From assembly GCF_009914755.1 (NCBI RefSeq), contig NC_060926.1: a stretch of 64,000 nt of DNA; one strand, 5' to 3'. Position 1 is the stretch's first letter. Every line of letters starts with the position of its first letter. Origin of the DNA: the human T2T-CHM13v2.0 reference genome, Homo sapiens. This document shows positions 1-10,979 of the stretch, piece after piece. The position numbers and the translations under genes were made by a program. The notes beneath the pieces are model-generated. The model was not told the DNA's origin. It was given only the letters and a program-made list of their open reading frames with translations, and did no database searches.

Positions 1-4
1 TTAG
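1..4 (+). CDS. EPB41L5: Last 4 nt of an upstream EPB41L5 coding exon (truncated by the window edge)
   Basis: TTAG is followed by a perfect donor GTAAGT (5-10). The phase-2 end AG joins the T at 6983 to give Ser, consistent with the recalled ...PEELSVHNN. Confidence 0.75.
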
Positions 5-344
5 GTAAGTAATGTTTTGCAACTTAGGAATTGGTATAGAATTTGGGATTTATGTAGTTGCTATCATTAAACAAATATTTAAGACCTATCAAAATGTCAA
101 GTTGTCCGTAAAGCACCAGGGATATGTCAGGGAATAAATGAACATGTAATGCCAGATAAAATTGACATGATGAAAAATTAAAGCAGTTTAAGGAAGTAAA
201 GAATGGGGTCGAGGCAGATGAGCCATTCATAAAGAGAATGACATACCTTTGTTATTGGCAAGTGGCTGAGGATCTTAAGATAAATTATGATCCTTATACA
301 TAAGAAGCACAAAGGAGAAAGGTTGATTTGCAAATAGGCAATTT

Positions 345-2330
345 TCTTCCTGGGATAAATCCCACTTGGTTGTGGTGTATAGACCTTCTTTATGTTATAT
401 GTTGCTGGATTTCATTAGCCTGGTATGTTTTTGGATTTGTGTGTCTATTCATCAGAAATATTGGCCTGTAGTTTTCTTATAATGTCATTGTCTGGTTTTT
501 TATGTAGGGTGGGTAATACTGGCTTTACAAAATAAGTTTGTATATGTTCCCTCCTCATCTATTTCTTGGGAAGAATTTGTAAATAATGGGTATTAATTAT
601 TTAAATGTATGGTAGAATTCACCATTAAAGCCATCTTTCTCTTTATGTGAATCTTAAAAATTCTTATGAGAGATCTGTTCAGATTTTCTTTTCTTCTCTT
701 TTTTTTTGTTGGGGTGGGGGTAGGGGACGTGCAGGGCCTAGCTCTTTCACCCAGGCTGCAGTACAGCAGCTTGAGCATGGCTTGGCTCACTGCAGCCTCT
801 CCCTCCTAGGCTCAAGTGATCATCCCACCTCTGCCTCCCAAGTAGCTGGGACTACAGGCACTTGCCATCATGCATGGCTAATTTTTAAATTTTTTGTAGA
901 GATGGGGCCTCCCTGTATTGCCCAGGCTGGTCTCAAACTCCTGGGCTCAAGCAATCCTCCTGCCTCTGCCTCCCGTCTTGCTGGGATTACAGGCGTGAGC
1001 CACAGCACCAGGCCCTCCCGGATTCTCTTTTTCTTCTTGATTCAGTTTGGGAGTTTGTATCTTTCTAGAGTTTTATCTCTTTTATCTGTGGTATCTAGTT
1101 TGTGGGGATACAGTTTGTATTCCCTTTTCCTTTGTATTTCTAAAAGTTCCATAGTAATATCTCCTCCTTCCTTTCTGATTTTTAGTATTTTGAGTTTTTT
1201 TTTTTCTTGCAAAAAAAAAAACTAGTCTAGCAAAAGGTTTGTCAATTTTGTTGACGTTTTCAAATAGAAAAGCTTTTGGTTTCATTGATTTTTCTGTTTT
1301 TCTGTTTCATTAATTTTTGCTCTATATTATTTTTTCCTTCCACTTTAGGTTTAGTTTGCTGTTTTTCTAGTATTTAAGGTGGAAGATTAGGTTATCTGAG
1401 ATCTTTATTTTTTAACATTTAAAGATATTAAATTTCCTTTCAAGCACTGCTTTAATTCAATAAGTTTTGCTATGTTGTGTTCTTGTTTTTTGGTTACCTC
1501 AATTTATTTTCTAACTTGTGATTTCTTCTTTGACTTGTTTGATTACTTAGGAGTGTGTTGCTAAATTTCCTTGTATTTGTGAATGTCAAAATTTTATTTT
1601 TTTCTAATTTTATTCCATAATGGGTAGAGGACATACTTTGTATGATTTCAATCCCTTTAAACTTATTGAGACTTTTTTTATGGCCCCTCCATATGAGTCA
1701 CCCAGGAAAATAGTTTATGTGTACTTAAGAAGAGTATATATTTTGCTGTTTCTGAGTGGAGTGTTTCATAGATGTCTGTTAGTTTATTGTGTTCAGATCT
1801 TCTGTTTCATTGTTCATCTTTTGCCTAGTTTTAATCCGTTATTGAGAGTGGAGTATTGTAGTCTACAACTATTGTCTATTTCTTCCTTCAGTTCTTTCTG
1901 TTTTTGTTTCATGTATGTTGTGGATTTGGGGTAGGTATGTATGTGTTGTTAATTGTTATATTATCCTGATGGACTGTTCCTTTTTATCTCTAGTAACTTT
2001 TGTTTTAAAGTTGATTTTATTTGATGTAAATATTGCCAGTCCAGTTTTCATATGGTTGCTTTTCCATGATATAACCTTTTCATCAAGTCTGGAAGTTTTT
2101 ACCCATTATTTCTCTAGATATTCTTTATGCTGTCTTTCTCTTCTCCTTCTGGAATTCTCATTAACATGTAAGTTGTTACACTTGATGGTGTCCTACAGGT
2201 CTCTGAGTCTGTTCGCTTCTCTTTATACTTTTTTTTTTTTAGACTACATAATCTCACTTGACCTGTCCTCAAGCTTACTGATTTTTTTTTTTAAACCACT
2301 TAAATGTTTGTTTCACTGGCGAGAGTATCT
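345..2330 (-). mobile_element. Old L1 (L1M-type) fragments interrupted by an Alu
   Basis: Antisense L1 ORF2/ORF1-like text such as cctgggataaatcccacttggttgtgg and agtctagcaaaaggtttgtcaattttg. ORF 1082-1285 carries L1-like FENVNKIDKPFARL. Confidence 0.7.
700..1014 (-). mobile_element. Alu (AluJ-like)
   Basis: Reverse-complement Alu dimer ending gtgagccacagcaccaggcc. Confidence 0.88.
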
Positions 2331-2386
2331 ACTTTTGTTTTCAAATTACCATTCTGAAGGTCTTGCTTCTGATGGCTCCATTAATT

Positions 2387-2697
<311 letters not shown>

Positions 2698-3235
2698 GGC
2701 TCCATTAATTTTAATATTACTTATTACAATGAGGCTATATCTGTGGTCTCATATAATGCTTAATAATTGGTATGTATTAGAGTCTCCTAGAATGCCTGTT
2801 AAAGATAAGATTCAGACCATACCCACAAATCTAATTTATTTTTGAATTTGTCTGTACTCTTATATGGCAGTTGTCTCACTAGACTTTTTTCAAAAGAAGT
2901 TGGTTATTTTTGGATATTGAGTATCATCAGCCTCACCTTGAAATGTCCATTTTTTTTTCACTTTGAAAGCTGTTAAAGCCAGTCCGTGATTAGTGATTGA
3001 CTATAATAGCACTCCGCTTTCTGAACAAGGACTCCCCTCAAGTTTCTTTAGCTGTCAATAGGCTGTTGAAAATAAATAAATAAATATAACAGGGAGGAAG
3101 TGAAATTTCTGTGAAACTCTCTCCGTGAGATTTTTATTAGGTAAAAAAACAACATTTTGTGCCTTTTCTGTGCTGTATACTTTTATTTTTCTTGGATTTA
3201 TTTATAAGCTATGTTTTTCAGAAAAGTAGAGTAAT

Positions 3236-3577
<342 letters not shown>

Positions 3578-4881
3578 CTATTTTGTTTATTTAATGTATT
3601 ATGTCTTGCTTTCCTGAAAAGGAGGCTGGGATATGGAATATTAGAGCTTAAAGTAAAAAGTGAGTACCTGCTAAAGTTAGCAGAAATGTAAACAAAGTAT
3701 TCAGCAATGGTACGTAGTTGAAAAATTAAGGCTTTTATTTGCAAAATAGGAGGTTTTTCTTTAAGATGTTCTGAAACACATTTCTGGTAAAATATGAATA
3801 TATATAGTGCCTGTTTTGGAATTATGATTAATTTAACTTTAATGGCTAAATGTTGGTGTCTCTTCATTAGTGATGCTTTTGACTCTGGAAAACATAGCAG
3901 AAATGGTATATTTAAGGAATGGTTTTTTTTTAGACTAAGCTTTTAGAAATGAGATGTAGTGGGGGACCCAACTCTCCTGAAGGTTATTGAGCACCACCCA
4001 TCGCAGTGCTTGAGAAAACCTGAGCTCAGACTGGCATGTTGTATGCCCTTTCACTCTTGCCCTTCCATTTCTGTTTGTATGAACAGTTTTGCTCTATTGA
4101 ACCATGGAAAACAGTACTGTTTGAAAAGGCACAACTATTTGACCTGAAAATCTTCTCGACCTTGTATTCTGCAGTTTTGTAAAATGCCCATTTGAATAAC
4201 AGATTTTTTAATTGGCTAATGTCAGTCATTTTTCTTGTACTGTTTTGGCTCTTAACTATTCTTGTGAGTCATGAATACTATAAAGTATTTAAGAGGTGAT
4301 GTTTTAAAGGATAGTTGACATTTCAATTACTAGTACTTCTTATACAGGCTTAATATGCAGTCTTGAAGACAGGAAAGAGGAAAAGAAAAAATGGTAGAGG
4401 AAATCAAATGAGTAGAAGGTATACTATGTAAAAGCAAAAATGGTCAGTTATTGTATGTAGTCCTTTAAAAAGGGAAGCTTGAACTAGGTTAGTAATGAGA
4501 AATAATTCAGTAATTCCTTCATATTCATGGAAGTGAAAGAATGTATATAATTATCAGAAAATAATGCTTTCTGTATTTCATACAATTTAAAACAGGAAGC
4601 TATGATTCAATTAACATCACTTATAAATATTTTGTTCTCATGTTAATCTTATTGATCACCTACTAAAGTTATTTCTAGTTAAAGGAAAAGCTTCAGAGAA
4701 TAACCAAGGAACTATGGACTAGTAGGTCTAACTTCTGTACCAAGCAGGCTGGGTGAGATTTCATTAAGACTTAGGATCATGGGTATTCTAGGAAGAGCAA
4801 CATGGTTAGTAAAAAGAAATTGTGCCTGATGGGTATAATCTTTAAAATTGCCATGGCAGTGGATCTGCACTAAATTGTTTG

Positions 4882-4884
<3 letters not shown>

Positions 4885-4928
<44 letters not shown>
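4885..4928 (+). repeat. (TG)22 microsatellite
   Basis: Uninterrupted TG run. Confidence 0.97.
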
Positions 4929-4932
<4 letters not shown>

Positions 4933-4943
4933 GGTGGGGTGGG

Positions 4944-5252
4944 GTTTTGTTGTTGTTGTTGTTTTTTGAGACAGGGTCTTGCCCTGTCACCCAGGCTGCA
5001 ATGCAGTGGCATCATCATGGCTCACTGTAGCCTCAACCTCCTGGGATCAGGCAGTCCTCCTGCCTCAGCCTCCAAAGTATCTGAGACTACTACAGGCACG
5101 CACTCTCACACGTAGCTATTTTTTAATTTTTTGTAGAGTTGGAGGTCTGGCTCTGTTGCCCAGGCTGGTCTCAAAGTCCTAGGCTCAGGCAGTCCTCCTG
5201 CCTCGGCCCCTGAGAGTGCTAGGATTACAGGCATGAGCCACCATGCCTCACC
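4944..5252 (-). mobile_element. Alu (AluJ-like) with (TTG)n tail
   Basis: gagacagggtcttgccctgtcacccaggctg...catgagccaccatgcc. Confidence 0.9.
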
Positions 5253-6164
5253 AATAGTATTTCTTTGAAAGGTATTTTGTTGTTGTTGTAATCACTGTTA
5301 TTTGTATTTTGCTAATATTAACTCATTTAGTTGTTCTAACAGTCTCATGCAAATGAGCAACCCAAGGTGTACAGAATAGACCTAGTGACACAGCTTGGCT
5401 TTGAACCCAGACAGTGATAGTGCAAGTTATAGTGACTCAACTTGTAATTGATCTGTAGTTCTTAAAAAAATAGAATATAAAATATGTTCACTCTTCATTC
5501 CCCAGCGTTTTAGCAGGGCCTCTCTTCATTCTTAGGTTCTTAACTGGTTGGCTTTCATTATCAGGTAGCGGTTTTTTGCTCTCACCTTGTTAGAAAGGCT
5601 TCTGGATCCTCTATTCAGAGGTTGTGTTTGAGAGCTTTGCCTGTTTCCTCTTAGTAGAATGACATGTTGGCTGGTTATAAAATAATATTCTTGATTACTG
5701 CTATGGGAGGCCTTTGCCAACCTGATAATTGGTAGTGATTTACTTTTAAATCTGCTCGGGGTACCCGAAGTATTCTTTCCTTATCCTTGAAGTTGAGTGG
5801 CTGAACAATAGGGGATCGATTGCATTTCATTTTCTGTCTCATTTTCCTGAAACACAGTGCTGTCATTAAATCTGTAAATTATTTTCTCACTTTCAAGGAA
5901 TTTTTTTATATTTTTGAATTATTTTTTACATTAGTTGAATTTCTTACTTCAGGGATACCATTTATCCTTGTTTTAGAATGTCTGACATTAGGAAACTTTT
6001 TTTCTCATTTTGTTGTGAGTTATAGTTCATCTTTGAGTTTTTATTTTACTGAATTTTTTTTTCTGTTGTTCTGTAGTTTCTGGTTTTTTTTTTTGTATTA
6101 TAGGTTGAGGGTTTTTTCAAGTGCTTTTTGTGGGAATGGCGGGGTGGGGATGGGTACAAACTGA

Positions 6165-6464
<300 letters not shown>

Positions 6465-6982
6465 TAAACTGAAAATTTTAGAACGTGTTTATAAGTCATT
6501 TGGAGAGGAAGGTGTACACAGAGAAGTTTCAAACTTTCTAAACCTTTTATACTAAGGCCTTTTGAGTTATAAAACGCTGAGTTGTTGCCGACACTGGAAA
6601 ATCTTGAGGGTAGGAATATACAAAAGAAGTGACAGATAAGTTTATGTGGGATTGTGTTGCTGTCTTTGTTAGGCCATCCTTGATAGCTGTTGTCCAATGA
6701 ATAAACAGTTGTGAAGTATACCTCTAAAGCATGATTAAAATATAGGTGTATGGAAACATCAAATGAGCAACTATAGAAAAGCAAGTATTTGCCTATAAGA
6801 ACAAATGTTTTCAGGTATCTGACATTCTTAGTTTTAGGTACTAGCAGTAGTTTTATTCTTTATTTGAAACAAAACGTTAATATCTTTAAAATAAATATTT
6901 TATTAGTGTATGTGTTATCTTACAAAATGAAGTCCTGAAATTTCATATAGGGTTTTTAATTGATTTTTTTTTCCCATTACAG

Positions 6983-7025
6983 TGTTCACAATAATGTTTC
7001 GACCCAAAGTAATGGCTCCCAACAG
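6983..7025 (+). CDS. EPB41L5: EPB41L5 internal exon, 43 nt, (S)VHNNVSTQSNGSQQ
   Basis: Acceptor ttttttttcccattacAG and donor CAG|GTAAGA. The peptide matches recalled EPB41L5 downstream of the FERM-adjacent region. Confidence 0.95.
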
Positions 7026-7437
7026 GTAAGACAATACTAAGCTTCTAAAACACTGGATCACCCGTTAATTATGGTAACAGTAGTAGTATTGATTGGATTT
7101 TCATAGTGGTGTATGTAACCCTGCACAAATTATGTGCATTTTCTTTTCCTTTTCCCTTAAGTGGTTCAGTAATAACTTCCGGTTATTTTATTCTCTAAGA
7201 TTTTGTAAAGGAAACCGGTGCTCTATAAAACATTTTATGTCTCTGTGAATCCAAGAACATAATTTAACTGACTACTAATATTTCATTCATTAACTATCTC
7301 TAAGGTGTATATAAAATTCAAGCATTTGTATACATTTTAATTGTTGGCTTTGTAAATAGTACTCCATTTTAGTATTTGTTGGTGAAGAGATCTGTTATCG
7401 AGGCAAAATAGATAATTTTTATAATTTTTGTCCAAAG

Positions 7438-7553
7438 GCTTGGGGGATGAGATCTGCTCTGCCTGTGAGTCCTTCCATTTCCTCTGCTCCTGTGCCAGTG
7501 GAGATAGAGAATCTTCCACAGAGTCCTGGAACAGACCAGCATGACAGGAAATG
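7438..7553 (+). CDS. EPB41L5: EPB41L5 internal exon, 116 nt, AWGMRSALPVSPSISSAPVPVEIENLPQSPGTDQHDRK; last exon shared by short and long isoforms
   Basis: Acceptor tttttgtccaaAG and weak donor TG|GTTTGT. In frame with the previous exon. Ends in phase 2, compatible with both the 10799 and 34429 acceptors. Confidence 0.95.
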
Positions 7554-10500
7554 GTTTGTTAATTCCTTAAACTAAAATAAAATATTGCCTAGTTAATTGT
7601 ATTTGGAATTCCAAGTCATAATCTTAAAGTACTTTAAATATGATTGAAAGCAAATTATTCATATTTGTGAGCTGGAAAGCTTATTATTAAATAATCATAT
7701 TGAGATGGGGAAAATAAGGATGTTGGTGATAAAGGGAGTGCAGTTGTCTAAATGAAGACCATCAGACAGCTGTCCTTACTTATTATTTATTTGAAACAAA
7801 ACGTTAATACATTTAAAATAAATCTGCCCTTATTAGCTTGATGTGGTAGTGGTGGATGATTCTCTGCTGAAAAAGACAGTAGAATATTTTCCCAGGTCCG
7901 TAAGGAAAGTATATCCACTACGTGTTATTCCACACAGCATGATGCTACTTTGAATGTGTTTTTCTCATTAAAGACGAAGGGTAAAGTCAGAAGCAAAACA
8001 TGATTAAAATCTGATAAAGCATGAGATACCCTAAGGAGACTGAGAGAGAATCTGATGACAGGAAAAAGATACTTTAATTATTTAGACTTCCAGGTTCTTT
8101 TTTTAGATTAATAGTAAATATACAAATATGGATACTTTGTGTCTTATTGGAGTTAATCACTTGAGTTTATCCTTTCCCAAATAAATATATGTGGCTTGGT
8201 GGGGGCTCCTTGGGGATTATTTGATTCAGTGGTCATGTTGGGTGTATCACCTGTTCAAGTTATTTGTCTGTTTGTGAAATGAATTTTGATAATTCATAGG
8301 ATTTTTCTCTTTTTCTCTTGCTCTTAGTTTGTTTAGTACCTGAAATCTAATGCATTTCTGTGGTGATCTCAAGGTTTTGGTCAGCTTTCTGTGCAGCCAG
8401 TTCTTCCTTCATGGTGGTGGCTCAACAGTGGTTGGTGATTGTTTTCAGTCTTTGCTATGTAATTATTTTTCACTGTTATTTTGGCTTAACTAACTGCAGG
8501 GTGCCTTGCTCTTGATACTTGGGTGTATTTTTATTTCAGTTCCAAATAACTTGTGATTAGTTTATAAGATTGAGTTCCCTTCTCCCCTGGCCCCATTTTC
8601 TCCTTTTTATTTTCTTTCTACATGGGTATGTGGTGGTGATACTTTGTGTATATTTGTGTGCATCTGGGGACACACTTAAAAGTGTAAAGAGTGAGGCTTA
8701 TAAATGTCAAATTTATTTTTGAAAGTCATTTTTAGAAAGTTTCTTCAATTTCTTATGGAAAACACAGCTCCTGTAAGCAGTTATGTTTTATCTCATTGAT
8801 GTTACCACCAAGTTCTGTTTGCAAGGAAAAATAGTATTGAGACTTCAGCTATAAAGGAAGTGTCTTTGCCTATTATGTTAATATGGAGTGAGGGTCTGAT
8901 TAGTTGGGATACTATATTACGACACTGAATCTTTGAGTTTTTCCATATGAATAGGTACATATTTAAACCTGTTTGATTTGATTTGTTAGGTACTACTTGG
9001 TTTCTTTGATGCATCCTTTAGAAAGAGCATTGAATTTATTAAATTTTAAGGAAAATGAAAAATTTGGAGCTGTGTGTTCTCCTTTCTTTATGTGGTTGTG
9101 CTGAGACCTCCTTTGCTGAAATAGAGTAAAGTGATGCTCTTTATAACATAATAAGCCTCAGTGTAGGTCAACAAGGGCATGGAACTGAATATAGAGCTGG
9201 CATGTTTTGGAGATAATGGACTCTCCCGCCTTAATTTCATATGTGTTCTGCATTTCATTCTTTTTTCTGCATGCTTTGATTCTTGTTAATGCTTTCAAAA
9301 GAATATAAAGCAGTCCTCCTTTAGAAAGTGATAAATGGTTAAAATTTGGAAATGCTTCCTATGTTTGAACAATTGGGCAGAATAATGGACCATTCTATTG
9401 CTTGCAGGTAACTTTCAACCAATTTAATCTACACCTACTCCCTGTTCAAGTCTTCAGCATTTTTTTGCTGGTATCTTTTAAATGACACCATTATTAGAGC
9501 AAATGATTTGGCATATCAGTGGCTTAGAATAATCAAGTATTTAAAATTTCACTTTTTGAGAAACAATTCATGTATTGTAAACCCATAAATCATTTGTAAG
9601 CAACAACAGAAACAAAACTGAATAGTGTTTAGAAAACCTTGCATTGGTAGGGGAGAACATAAACCTAATTTAGTTTTCTAAATTTTTAGAGACCATAACT
9701 TGAGGGTTGTGATTTTTGTGAGCCAGGTCTGATGAACAAATTGTATTTCAGTTAAAAGAAAGATGATTTTGTTATTAAAAAAGCCTTCCAATTTTGTTTT
9801 GAAAAATTATTTTAGTTAATTTATTTTCAGTTTCCCTAAGGGATAAAGGTGAAGATTAATGTTTTGGTTGAGTTAGAAAGATAACACTTATTAAAAATGT
9901 ATTTTTGCACATATTTTATATTTGGGGTGGCATTTTCCTTTGTAGTTATTTTAAATATATGCTGCCCTTTCTGCCATGTCACAAGACTTTGATTTGCTTT
10001 CTTTCTACTGGAGGACTCTGATCAGTTCTGACCAAGAACTGCATGTATGCATGTTTCACTCTTAGAATTCTATAGGCCTTTTCTATAGCACTGTGATAAA
10101 AGGTGCCTAATATGCTTACTAAACTACTTCTTGGAGAGGGTGTATCATCTCATCACATTATCTGTACCTGTTGAATTTCATTTTGAGGTCTTGTGAACTT
10201 TGATTATATAAGGAGCGATGATTCTCTATTGCTAATTGGGAACACTGATGTAAAATTACATGGCCTCTGAAGGTAGATTTTTTATTTTTAGTGCTCTTTC
10301 TGAATTTTGTTTCCTGCATTTCAGTTCTGTGAAATCCCATAATTTGAGGAAGAATTTTCACAGTTTTCCTTTTCCATATATGCTTTTGTCCTTATGTAGA
10401 GTTCTTTTTTCAAATATTTGAAGTTAAGTAGATTATGAATATTTTTTTCTTCTGATTAAAACCCCTAACAACATTTCTGCTTTTAATATTAGTAACAACA

Positions 10501-10655
10501 TCAGGGACAGATACAGAGTGTCTTGCTTTCTGAGAAATTTCTTCTTTAATTCACTTAGCTGACTCAGATTACTTACATGTATTTCCATATTGGTATTTTT
10601 CATTACATGTAACTTTGTGGATTTCCCCCACTTTGTTATTCTTGAATGTTATCAT

Positions 10656-10767
10656 TGCATGGAGTAGATGCTGGTAACTACTCATAGCAGCAGTGCATGC
10701 TAGTCACATTACCTTTCCCCTTTATTGTCTCTTACACATCCATTTTCTCCTATTCCTATTGACTAAC
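10656..10767 (+). promoter_or_regulatory. Splicing-regulatory cluster upstream of the alternative terminal exon: two TGCATG (RBFOX) motifs and an ACTAAC (branch point / QKI motif)
   Basis: TGCATG at 10656-10661 and 10694-10699; GACTAAC at 10761-10767. Confidence 0.6.
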
Positions 10768-10798
10768 TGTGCTCCCCTCCCACTCCCCAACCATCCAG

Positions 10799-10979
10799 GC
10801 TCTCTGCTGCCAGCGACTGCTGTCAACGTGGTGGAAACCAGTGGAACACAAGGGCCTTGCCCCCACCCCAGACCGCACATAGAAACTACACTGACTTTGT
10901 TCATGAGCACAATGTGAAGAATGCAGGAATCCGTCATGATGTTCATTTTCCTGGCCATACAGCCATGACTGAGATATGA
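10799..10979 (+). CDS. EPB41L5: Alternative terminal exon of the short EPB41L5 isoform: (W)[59 protein letters not shown]
   Basis: Branch-like GACTAAC at 10761-10767, a C-rich pyrimidine tract and a CAG acceptor. The frame is open from TG|G to TGA (10977-10979) and ends in a class I PDZ-binding-type motif T-E-I. Matches the recalled short isoform. Confidence 0.92.

Noticed and set aside
647-1225. 192-aa ORF and the many other ORFs with [11 protein letters not shown] / SDSPASAS / FFFF motifs
   Set aside because: These are translations of Alu sequence, with no splice or codon evidence of a gene.
9391-9413. CAG|GTAACT resembling a recursive splice site
   Set aside because: The pyrimidine tract is modest, the site is under 2 kb from the upstream exon, and such motifs arise by chance.
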